64,000 bases of DNA, taken from NCBI RefSeq assembly GCF_026571515.1, contig NW_026859995.1, positions 248,001 to 312,000 of the forward strand, written 5' to 3'. The notes below the pieces were generated by a model, which had not been told where the DNA came from, ran no database searches, and worked only from the letters and a program-made list of their open reading frames with translations. The position numbers and the translations under genes are program-made. This stretch comes from Ruditapes philippinarum. Taxonomy: Eukaryota. Shown here in pieces: positions 12,961-25,269 of the stretch (the first letter of the stretch is position 1; each line of letters starts with the position of its first letter).

Positions 12961-14453
12961 TTGTATATCTATAACGGTTTAAAAATACTAGTGTATGTGT
13001 TATGATATAAAACACTAGTGCATGTGCCGTACTTGCCCGGTACTTCACTTCAGTGTTGTTATATTCTTCTGGTTCTTCGGGATCATAGATGCCAGCACTT
13101 TTAAGTGTGATCATCTTTGTATGCAAATTAAAGGCGCATTATGCCTCAGATATCTATATTTTTCTTAATTCGCTGTAAACACATTAGTTTTTGGACTTCC
13201 ATACAAAATACTAAATCATTAAAATATACTATTTGCCGACGGACAAAAATAAGAAAAAAGATAGTTTATGTATATGGGCAACGAATATTTCTTGGAAACT
13301 GTTGCCAGACTCTCAAGACACTTTTTTGAAAAAATAAACATTACAGTTTTTTTAAGAAATAATGTGCCTTTCCAAATTGTAGAAATAACGAAGAAGATGG
13401 GAGAGAGACGTTCATAGTTCATGTCAACATCTAAAAGACAGGAACACTAAAATCAGCACAATGAGGTCACCAAGCAGAACCAGGGCAATATCGTGAAAAT
13501 GATGCAACAGATAGAGTATAGTAGGAAAGACCGATGGGAACACTTTATCGTTACGAATTTACGATTCCAATTTCATGAAAAAAAGTTGTTATCGTGCAAT
13601 CGTGAAGTTGAAATTTTGACTTCATGAACTTCATGTTGAAATCGCGACATGGTGTTGTTGAAATCGTGAATTCATGAAGTAGAAATTTCCCCACTGATCT
13701 TAGAATCATTGAATAGAAAGCATTGTTATCAAAGTCGACTTAATTAAGTAGCAGGTGCTATATGTCTCAAATTCACCGTGTCTTGCGACCTTAAGGAGTC
13801 TAATATCGTGTATTATAAGTTTTAATAATTTTTTTAATATTGATACTAAGTAAGATAATTATTGTCATGAATATTGAAGTACGGTTTTAGACATCACGAT
13901 CCGTTTTTGTTAATTAATTTAAACTTAAATTGCTCGATACTGAGAGTGATCTTTCTCTAGATTCCTTTTTATAAACCACTCGGAGTCTAAAATAGCTACT
14001 AGACGCAAAAATTATAGTAGTGTACATTGTATATGAATGTATTTTCTTCAATATCCTACTTGAAAAGTAAAATTGTAACATTTGAAATGCCGTAAATGCA
14101 ACAAATGGAAGAACAGTGTTACATTTCTTAAACTTGTGTTTCTCTTTATAGTTATGTTTAAAAGTGAGTTGGTCTGTAAAATAATATATTATGTAATACA
14201 ATAACAATTCATGTTGATACATGCTAAGATGTGACTATATGTCATATAAATTTACAGACGATAATAAAGTGTTCTAGAAAATTATATTAGTATTCTATTC
14301 AAAGTAAGTAAAATTACTAAAAATGTAATTCTCTCGTTTGTTTATAAAAAAAATCGAGAAACAGAAAGAAATCAGCGACAATTTTTGCACTTGTTGAAAA
14401 ACGACGTTTAAACAACAACAACACTTACAGTTTTTCAAAATATAATTATTTCT

Positions 14454-14494
14454 TTATCGACGCGTTTCGGTTAACAACACCTTCATCAGGATAA
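14454..14494 (-). ncRNA. Minimal type I hammerhead ribozyme (Penelope-like element type)
   Basis: The - strand reads TTATC-CTGATGA-A-GGT-GTTGTTA-ACC-GAAA-CGCG-TC-GATAA. It has the CUGAUGA and GAAA core, stem I TTATC/GATAA, stem II GGT/ACC, palindromic ACGCGT stem III and a GUC cleavage triplet. Confidence 0.85.
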
Positions 14495-16244
14495 TAATAA
14501 TAATGACGTAATAATTATAGCATCACATAAGTTGGCGGAAAAATGACGTTACATTAATAATATCAAGCTAAACATCGGTACAGATTTTGGCGATCCAGAA
14601 GATTTAACAAATTGTCACATCCAAGATTAAAAATTTTAACATTATTATAGGAAAGTAAGACAATGTAAAAAATCACTTTATAAAGCATATTGGGTATCAG
14701 TCTGCGATTTTATTTACAATTGTTGTAGAAATTCTATTAAAAGTCGAGAGGAACAGCTTTAGGCCGCTACCTTTTGTTCCTCAACAACGGTCTCGTAAAA
14801 TTTTGCGGCTAGTAATAACAATTTCCAGCAACTTGGCGACATTTTATTCGTAAATATTCAGGAGTATGGTTTAAATATCAACAGGTATGTCTTTTCTTTA
14901 TAATATTTCTATAACCTATATGGCCAATACCTAGCCCAAAATGATTACTTACTGTAGGTACGGTTAGAAACACAGGAAATATGTAACACACATTTTATAA
15001 AGGAATGCCAAATAAGGTGTCCACTGTTATGTCATTTTTGTCTAAAACTTCAAAGTTTATTAAAAAGAAGCTGTCTTATAAGCTTAGAAAAGTACCCAGG
15101 TGGCCATCGCTGACTGAAACAATTCTCACGAGGCACAGTTACTTATTCCATATATCATAACACCAAATAACCTTTCGCTTCTATACAAAATTAAAATATG
15201 TATTTAGTATAACATTTTGTATATTTATACTATCTATTGGTTTGAACATATTTATTTTCATCAAGTTACAATACAAATACAAAAACGAAATGTATACAAT
15301 ATAAACATCGGTACAGATTTCGGGGATCCAAATGATTTAACAAATTGTCACATCCAAGATTAAATATGTTAACACTATTATAAGAAAAAGTTTAAAAAAC
15401 TATTTAAAGCACGATGGGTATCAGTCTGCGATGTTTGTTTTATAAACACCTGTCTATCAAGAAGTTAACTATTATTATATGAATCATATTTAATATGTGA
15501 CTCATTTTAATTATTTCTACAATATTTTAAGTTTCCAGAGTGGATTCTGTTTATTGAAGCAAATAATGTTGCATCTTGTTTCTATAGTACCTACAGCAGT
15601 TACTATGGCTACATATTATACAAGGAAACACCTGTCAGTGAGTGTCACTCAAATTAACTACATTTAATACGTATTTCATGATTATAAGCAACTTTACAAA
15701 TTGATAGTGACTACTTTCATATTTAATCTTAAAGTTCTGCTTTAGCTAGGTTTAATTTACCTCACATATATTTTGAGGCAAGATTTCGATTGAATTATAA
15801 TTACAACAAACAGCTTGATTATTTGATTCTTTTTTATTCAAGTACAGCTCTTATTTTCTCTATTTTGATACCGCTATGTGTGCCGACACAATGCGTCTGT
15901 TAGAAGAGGTTATATTGATAAAATAGATAAATACAGAATCCCTAAATAAAGCCCAACACTGCAAAATTGAGAATGTTGCAGGCTCGGTTTGATTGAGCCT
16001 GTTCATGGACGGTACTGGAAAGTGCAAGTAACCGTCAACGCCCCCTAGCACCGGCTTAAGCAGAATGCAACATTTGATGTTTTGATTTATCTTTATCCTA
16101 TTGATAACAACAATGTGCCTAAACAGTAACTACACTAATACAAGATTGAATATAACTCATTTTTCTCCCGATTTCTCCAATATTTCAAAATTACAAAACA
16201 GAGGTAAATCATCGGAAGTCTTGCAAAAAGTATTTGTGTTTGAT

Positions 16245-16530
16245 ATTCGGCGGCCGAGTGATGAATGACTTTGGCTTCAATTAACCCACTTGCACTTCCT
16301 TCACCGCTAAGGATTTGAATCTCGCCAATGACTTTGGATTCTTACACGCCAGGAAGCTCTCAAGTCAGCTTATGGAGCGTCGATTTTTTTTCTACTCAGG
16401 TGCACATTCGTGGCTGATAAAAAGCAGGGAGTGACAGCTGGCTCCTCAACAACGTTGAAACTGAGAAATCGGCTTATACTTATCAGTGATGGAGCGATGT
16501 TCTAGTAAAGCCCAACCAAAATCAATCTTT
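16245..16530 (+). mobile_element. Older full-length tRNA-derived SINE (paralogous copies ~28045-28290 and ~37048-37320)
   Basis: A-box-like gcggccgagtg, B-box-like gtttgaatccc (clearest in the unit 3 copy), and the same core as the 8718 SINE. Present in all three units. Confidence 0.75.
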
Positions 16531-17828
16531 ATTTTTTGTTTATTTTCGATCGGATGTAACAGGTCAACAATTTTATAATCTTTCATAAACAAATAAATAT
16601 GAAGAAACATTAAGAAAATGTACGCACAATTTTGTTGTCGATACAAGGATCCTGTACATGAAATGGTCATATATGTCATGCTTATAAAACGTAAAGCGTA
16701 TAATATAGAAAACAAAACATATCAATATCTTACGAAGGGTTCTGAACCAGAGACTATTTTAACGCTATTATAACATATTTGTCAAGCGACCACAATTGAA
16801 AGCTCAAGCCTTGGATTACGAACTTTGGTAACAATAGACAATAACTGTTATGGGTTGAGACCTTTGGTCAGCTTTCAGCTTTTTATTTAAAACTAAGTCT
16901 TGTTATTAACCACTAAATGTATCGAACACTAACAGTTGCAATAAACTTAAGACTAATAAATATTCATTTGATATACGCAAATATCATGTTCTTTTACAAC
17001 AGTCAATCACAATTATATTTTATGATAACTTATATCAATACCATCTATAATATCAAAAGTACATCACTTTTATTGTGTTAAAGTGTTGAAATGTTATATT
17101 CTAGCGAAAGATTCCAAAAAGACAAATAATTTTTAGCTTTTTGAAACTCGACAGAGATATTACAAAAAGGAATTTCAGTAGAAAAGGAACACTGTGAAGG
17201 TTTAAATAGACAACATTTTTATATAACGCAGCAGTTATAATTATTTCTTACTTATTGAATGACCCTCGTATTTTCATGCAAATTACAAAATACTCTTCAT
17301 ATTTAATATTTAATATGCACGCCTTTTTTAAAGACTGATTTTTAATGTTATTATCATCATCAGCCTCTTAAAATAACAAAATTGTTCTCAAAACATGGCC
17401 TATCCGCTCATTTCACTCGATTCTATATAAGGTTTCATAGTTTCCATAATCATATATAAGTAAATTGCTACCAATTGTGTTTTCCACTACATAGATTATT
17501 TTGCGAAAGCTGTATTCAGCAGGGAGACATTTGCAATCATGTGTAAACGTTCTGTATTCCCTAGTGTCTTTTTTTTCTGAATATCTTGTAATATTTACAT
17601 TGAAAACCTTTATTATGCTTTAAGTGAAATTTATCTTCTACTCTTGAATGCGATTGTCTTTCCGTGTCATGAAGGAAGTTTTAGTTATTCAGTCAATTTT
17701 ACTAACAATTGAAGAAGTACTTAAATCAACGCATTAATAAAAAATCTTATTATAAACCTAATGAACAAGGGAAAAACAACGGCATAGAAGTCAAGCAAAT
17801 ATAAAAAGTAATAATATAATAAAAACAA

Positions 17829-18621
17829 CTAGAAAAGAAAAAGCATTCTTGTCGGTGACTTTCTTTGTTGCGGATTTCGTGTGTCAGCACCGCTTATTTC
17901 AGGATGAACGCGTCTCAATGTTTTCTTTTGTTTCAGGATAGTAAAAGCGATTATCAAGTTCCAAAGAATTATAATGATCATTGGAATTATATTCAGAAAA
18001 AGGGAACAAGAATTTCCCTGAAAAAAATGTTTCATAATCCTCGGAGCTATATACACACTTAAAAACCTTGTCAGACCTTGTTATGTTAGTTGATATAGAA
18101 ACTTCCATTTCAACCAGATGGAAGCCTAACATTAAATGACTTGAAAACACGATAATCACAATGAGCAAATTGGTTGAAGCAAGAACAGCAAACCTCGGCG
18201 ACATTTTGTGAGACGAAATAGAGTGAAATCTTGTCAGAAACACCCGTTCGATCGTCAACAAAACAAGCAGCTATACGGAAAACCCACATGAAGCCATTAC
18301 GAAAAATCTAACGCTTTTACACATAAAGTTTGTCATATCTGAGAAACGTATTCCATTGATATTTTCATTTGTATCAAGCACAGTTCCTGTCCACAACACA
18401 ACAAGGGCGGAGCCCGCCAAAAATAGTAAATAGACGCTCGTAGAGTATTTCCGCATTCCTTTTCTTGAAAGTACAACAAAGTTTAATATATTTCCACATG
18501 TTCCGACAGTAATCAAGAAGAATGGAACAGTACGCCAAGTATAGTACGCGAGAAAGCATTCCGTGTACGTATTGATATCACAGGTGACTTGAATAAAATT
18601 GTACGGTGTATCATTCAACAT
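17829..18621 (-). pseudogene. GPCR copy 1 pseudogene
   Basis: Near-identical to copy 3 but with TGG>TAG at 18271-18273, a 7-nt deletion near 18015, TM2 D>A, and a ~0.83-kb deletion removing most of TM6, TM7, the C-tail and the proximal 3' flank. Confidence 0.9.
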
Positions 18622-19910
18622 AGCTAGCTGTATTTAAAAAAGCGAATACTTTATCCAATTTGGTTTACATCGATATAATTCTATAAAGATTTTATATAGT
18701 GTAACTAATCCTGTAGGCAGAGCCAGAGAACAGAAGCATTGTATTGGTCGTAAATGTGTCTCGATGAAATGGATAGGCGTGAGCGAAGAGCTTCTAAATA
18801 AATATTATTATATATTTAAAGATTTTATGTATCCTTTACATTAAGTTCAAACTACTTTATAAAACAATTTTACCAAAGACATAATGTTCTCAAGGCTTTA
18901 CGCAAAACGTTATTTATCAATTGTCGCTTTGTTTATTTTCTATTATATCTTATTTCCCAGGAGAGGTTTTTTCTCTATTCTGTTTCATGTGTAAGCTATT
19001 GACTCAAGATATTTATAAATAAACTGATTAAACAGTCTTTCATAATTCGCAATCAAATTAACAACAGAGATCAATTGCCATATACGTTATCATTTATGGT
19101 TAATGTCAAGTCATCAATATAAATATTTTAACAGTATTCATGTTTAGTTATGATTATTGTTAACAAACATTTAAATGAAAGAAAGACTTGATATTTGAAC
19201 ACGTTTTAATTAAAAAACAATATTTGACTATGTGCAATGTAACCTTTTTCCGTATGAGCATTTTGCGAAAAATGGCTGTTTTCATTGAAAGTTCAAACTG
19301 CTATGAAACTATTAAAAATGCTTCAATTCTAATCAAGCTTGGCAAAAAGGTTGACTGGACAGTAGCCTTTATAAGAGCATGCTCACTCTTAAGGTTCTTA
19401 TTACCATGGCAACAGGGGAATGTCTCAACATTGCAAAAATCACTATTTTGCGTTGTCTTAAACCCTAACCTATTGTTATGCTCTGGAAGACTTGTGTTCT
19501 ATCTGCGAATTTCAGCACTAAACCTCATTTTTTCGACACACTCCAAAATTCACTTTACTACCATTAAAGCTGGAAATTCACAATATGAAATGTGTATATA
19601 TGAAATAGATATATATGTAAACATAAGAAGTACATTGAAAATGCTAAAGTCTGGGCAAGTTTCCTTTGAATAACTGATTCAAATCATAATTTCATTTATA
19701 TTTATTCCCTTTGGGAGAGCGAAAGGATTGAATTTGTTTAACAGCAGAAAGATATTTAATCTTTCATTAATATATTTTTTTCCAATTTGTCTGCAATGAA
19801 GAAATCAGTTATTATTTCATTCAAAAAAGTGTCTGTTGTTATTCCTGACTTACGTATCAGTTGCGTCTTACGATGAATAAAATCGAGTTACTTTATATTT
19901 AATGTTTTAT

Positions 19911-20437
19911 ATAGCATCTTTATTTAATGCTTTGCAGTATTTTATTGTAATATATCAGATGATTATATTCTGATTAACCATAAATATAATTTTCACTGTA
20001 GCCGGACTTTATCTGAATGCGGATGAAAAGAAAATCATAACTAAATGGAATAACAGGCAGACATAAATGGCGTCATGCGTAAATTTTGCTTCTTTAGGAA
20101 AAGAAAGTCGATATCATCATACATAATGTTAAAAATATAACAAAATTAGAGAAATGTAACATACCTATATTTCAAAATTGATAATGTGACGTCATGATGT
20201 GATGACGTCACAAGGGAGAATGCGAGACGTTACGCGGCGGCAAATTAGTAAAAAAAAGTACTCAAAATCACTTAAAAAGCATGAAATAAAAAGAAAATTT
20301 ATTTGTGTTACATATAAGATTGAAATATATTTCATTCGTGATCACCAGCTATTATATTTTAAAATATTGCATCTGGTGTTCACTCAGTGAAATTATATTG
20401 CAATCTTACATGCAAAACAAACAAATATCCTCTATAT
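19911..20437. mobile_element. Unit-1-specific insertion, probable non-autonomous DNA element
   Basis: Absent at the homologous sites near 32525 and 44597. TA-rich junctions; ends aaatatcctctatat. Confidence 0.6.
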
Positions 20438-23400
20438 AACATCATTACATAAATGTCAAATGTATAGAATATCGTTTTTAATAACATTTTATCGTTAGAT
20501 ATAACGAAACATTCTGTTTTTTATCAAGTTAGAGCGATAGTCTTGTTGTTGTTTTTTTAAATGTCTTTGTATTTTTTTAGGTATTGATAAACCATTTATT
20601 GACAGTTATTTTCAGTCAATACCACGTGCTAGAGCATAATAGGCAAAGTTTGCTAGCAATTTGCATAACGACAAATTCTTTGTTAGCCGTGACAGTGATT
20701 TAGAAATCGGGGCTGTTACTTTCATCGCCCGACTTGGGCAAGTTTAATTGACTACATGTTATTGAATTGCCAATATTTTGATAATGTTTTTAATTTTATG
20801 GTTCATGATTTAAATAAATTTTCTGATCATGCTTGTATATCACTTGTAAATCATATCTAAGGTACTAAATTCCAAGCAAAAACTCAACTGTATTTTCATC
20901 AATTACGAGTAGTGTTTCGATAAAATTGACAGGAACTTGTTGTGGCAAAAGTTGATAAATTAAATTGTAAGTAGTAAATTTGTTATGACATTAAGGTCCA
21001 TATATACTGCGGCAAAGTCTTCCGTGCATTATAATTCAGAAGTCTCTGACTTTAGTCTATATCTTCTGACATTGGATTAAAATATGGAGATCCTAGTTCG
21101 TCGCGTATGTTTATGTTCTTCGTTAACGACGTCACACAAAACATAAACATAGATTTAGATGATGTCATAACAATTGATGAAGTCAAACTTTTATGATATT
21201 ATATACGCGGATTACATGGCCTTTTTCGCTACATCTCTTTATTCTATGCTTAACGATGTCGAATTACTGCTGTACATGGGGTATGAAAACATTGTTAACA
21301 AAACGAATTTCACGATTTTTGAAAATAGCAGTACCTTCGCAGATTTCTTTATATTCGTCAAAAAATTAAACTGGTTAACTCTTTTAAATATCTCAGTGTA
21401 TTTTTTTTTTTTTTTCAAAATTGGTAAATTGGTAAAATTTTCAACAAATTAAATTGCATAACTCAATAATGATTCATTTCTTTTATATGTGTAAGTTGGA
21501 TCCGATTTTTTGCTCAGAAATTTGGAGTACACACTTATATTGATATAATACACTTAAAATTTTCGAGGTACATTCTAGGGGTACATAAATCAACAAACTT
21601 ATCAGCCTTGTATGGGGAGCTTGGTAGAGTCTATTTACTCTTTATCAAAATTTCGGATATCTGCACATAAGCTATTTATAGAATCCGGAAGATATACGAA
21701 TACTCCAATGGCTATACAATCTTTGGAAGTTTTTTATTTTGCTAATTAAGAGAGAATATCTTGATGATGTAGTATCAATTTCATAATATCATTATTTAAC
21801 ATATTGATGATGTAGTACCAATATCATATTTCAGTATTTTTTTGGCCACTTGCTATTCACTCGGTATTATAAGACCTTTCAGGAAATAGTGTTGCTGTTA
21901 TTTTTTTCGTTCCAATGTCAGATATATTTTTATGAAATGTATATATATGGTCTTTTTTGTTTGTTTTTCTCTATTAACATTGAAATAATGTTTTATTCTA
22001 AATATAGTTATTTGTATTGTATATTGCATTGTATATTTATTATGTATTTGCTAGCTATATCCATTGCGGCCGATCAGTCTATATTATTTCAAGATGAAAA
22101 GAAAAAGATATATGAACTGTTATTACATGTTTTAAACTTGATATTGAATTAATTAAAAGTTAACGTTGTAGAATATAATGTTGTTGATTTACCTTAATTA
22201 ATATGTTTTAAGTAGCCTCACTTGCAGTCCTATGTATAGTTATGAATTCTATTAATTAAAATAGAAAACGAAAGAAGCCGGTGTTGATATTGTGTTAAAA
22301 CCTTGAAGATTATTGGGAAAACACCTGAGTAAAACCCAGTCTCGATGGGAAAAATTTGGGCCCAGAAAATCGGGCGAAATATTGAAAAAATCGGAGGGTT
22401 GCAGCAGCAAATGAAAAGTAGCAGTAGCCCAAAATTTTTTAAAAAAAATAATTAAAGCAGTATTTTTTTGAATAATAAAAATTAAACGTGAAAATTGGCA
22501 GTAAACTGTTGCACGGGAGTAAACATTAGCAAATTTTAAAAAAACTTTAAGTTGAAAAGTAAACAGTAAATTAAATTATAAAACGTGAAGTTTTGGGGGT
22601 AAAACAGTAGCACAGAAAAAAACAGTTAAAAACAAAAAATAAAAAGGGAAAGTTTTGGGAAGGGAGCGTAAAACACACCCGTAGCAAAATTTTTAAAACT
22701 GAAATTTGGGAGTTCCCAGTAACACAGGAGTTTGCAGTACAAAAATTTTTTAAAGTGAAGTTTTTGGGAGTGGAGTAGTTCTGGGACAAATTTTTTAAAC
22801 GAAAAAACACTCAAAACAATACATGCCCTTTTTAATTTTTTATTCAAGAAAATAGTAAAAGCCACAGAAAATTAAAAATTCCCTACCTCAAAAGATAAAA
22901 AATTAAAAATTGAATTTTCAAAAAAATTTATTTTATTGGGGAGCTTTTTTGGTTTTGTTTTTGTTTTTTATTTTGTGATAAAAAAATTTTTATTAATGAA
23001 ATAAAAAGGGTTTAATTGGTTTTAAAAAGGACGTTTTAAAACAAAACCTTTGTTTTTAAATTTGACACAACTTAACAAATTTTACAATTAAAAAGAGTTT
23101 GATGTGCAATGTTGAAATAAAATTTTGTTTAAAATATGAATGTTTCTTTGCAAAGTGCTATACAACTGAATATCAAAATACTGCTACCATAGTGGAAAGC
23201 ATGAAAGCATTGTGACATAATTTAATTTCCTGGAAAGAAAGTGAGAAGGAAATGTGATAAAAGTAAGAGGTACAGTCGCTATTCCTTATATTGTGACATT
23301 ATAACAATTGTAGTAATAAGACTTTACATATGAATGTCACACGCATGCATATTGTGCGTGGTAAAGTCATACGGTGTACAGAGGTTTGAGACAAAGTCAC

Positions 23401-25030
23401 ACGTGTATGTCTGACGTTTTCGAATGTTTTGTGAAAATTGAGGTTCAACAAAAGGACTATATTTATTTCTCAATTTTTCGTCATACTACGTAATTGCGTG
23501 ATGACACTAATCCAATTTTAATTTATTGCAGCATAATATTTCTGTTTAATGAGTGTATTTTAGAGGATTTTAAAATTTAGTTGATTTGTTATGTGTACAT
23601 TATGTGTACACTTTTTTCAATTTATAAACAAACTTGCTAAAAGGAACTCAACCGAGGTCCAAAAGCCCTTAATTTAAATATTTGAATGTCTTTTATATAT
23701 CAGCTGGGGTACTTAAAACATAAATATATTACAGATAGTAAATTGAAAATTGTATTTTTGTCCTATTCTTATCCCGCTATTCAGTTTTTGGTTACATTTC
23801 ACATGTTCTGGAAAAATTGAGTGAGCAAATGACCTGCAATTTTGCATCCGCATTTTTTGGTCTGGACCCTCATCAAATGGAACATTAATCTCGAAAAATT
23901 ATGTCCAGTGCAGTCTTGTCAAAAAATGTCTAAATAAACCGATAGCCGACATCGTCATTTTTAATGTTTTGAATAAATATTTCTCTGGAAAAAGAAAGTA
24001 TTATAGACATGGACTAGATTTATCATTTTCTGAACAGTAAATGTCTTAGACAGACTTACTAAAATGACTTCGTCATGGGAAATAAATATGCAACATAGTT
24101 TAATTGACTATAAAAGAGCTTTCGCTATGTTTGCTATTTGCACCAGCTGCTGGTTGTGAATGAAGTTACATTTTATATCATCTTAATTCAAAAAATAAAT
24201 CTTCCTTAAGCTGATGTAAATCATTGTCCATTTAGAAGATAAGATTTATGTATATTCTAAAGTAATAATGATGAACGGATTTTTTAAAAAATTTTTAAAA
24301 AATCTCTTGTGACAACTCGGGGTTGCTAGGGCGATCCAGTCAGTTCCAAATTTTATACATGTTTTAACGATTTATACATGTTAAAAATCTAAACATTTGT
24401 CAATCTAATTATTATTTGAATGATTCATTTACAGGAACCTATAACACAACTTGATGACAAACGCCAAATGACTAGTTCATTGGCATGTTGCAAGTTTAAA
24501 TTGCTTTTCCCGCCGTAGGTTATATCAGGGAAAATGGGATATATATCTTATATATTCTCATATCAGTCAAATTCTCAGTATATGATAAGGTAAACAAAAA
24601 AATTAATTTGTGTCTTGTCATAAAAAATCTGATAAAAAAGTTTTAAAAAGTTTTTGTTTAAAATTTGCTGCGAAAATCCTTTTTAAAAACATGTACATGT
24701 TTTTGTGGTTTCAGTAAAAAATCACTGTTTTTAAAACACTGACTACTTCCCTAAAATGTATTTTTAACCGTATAAAAACTTTTGGGTTGTTTTGTGTGTA
24801 AGTTACAAAACGGGTGTATTTGTTATGGTATAAAACACCTAATTGTAATTGTAACAGTTTAAAATACTAGTGTATGTGTTATGAAATAAAACACTACTAC
24901 ATGTGCTATTATATAGAACACTAGTGTATGTATTATGGTTTAACGCACTAGTGTATAAACACTAGCGTATGTGTTACGGTTTAAAAATGGAATTGCAAAA
25001 TTGTTATGGTCATCTTGGTACGAAAATTAA

Positions 25031-25269
25031 AGGCGCATTGTGCCTTAGATATCTACATTTTCTTAATTTTCTGTACACAAAGTAGTATTTGGACTTCCAT
25101 ACAAATTACTTATTAATTAAACATACGATCTACCAACAGACCAAAACAAGCAAAAGATGGTTTATGTATATGGTAAATGAATATTTCTTGGAAACTGATA
25201 CAAGATACTCCAGACACGTGTTTTAGAAATACAAAATAAAAATACAGCATTTTAAGGCAGAATGCGCCT
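25031..25269. mobile_element. Old Kolobok-like MITE (paralogs 13132-13369 and partial 33330-33560)
   Basis: ttaa-AGGCGCATTGTGCCTTA ... TAAGGCAGAATGCGCCT-ttca imperfect TIRs. Explains the spurious ORFs at 13141, 13219, 25113 and 33331. Confidence 0.65.

Larger units (their letters stand above)
7260..22330. repeat. Segmental duplication unit 1 (GPCR cassette)
   Basis: Collinear homology with ~23040-32680 and 33328-48850. Anchors include 13141/25039/33331, 19250/31850/41320 and 22280/48800. Boundaries approximate. Confidence 0.85.

Noticed and set aside
15940-16070. Twister or HDV-like ribozyme in the unit-1 insert
   Set aside because: Only a short CCAACACTGC resemblance. The required pseudoknot pairings and conserved nucleotides could not be found by eye.
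19188-19673. 161-aa ORF, with the related 79-aa ORF at 31997
   Set aside because: It lies in a MITE-like repeat, has a non-ATG start, and its frame is not conserved among the three paralogous copies.
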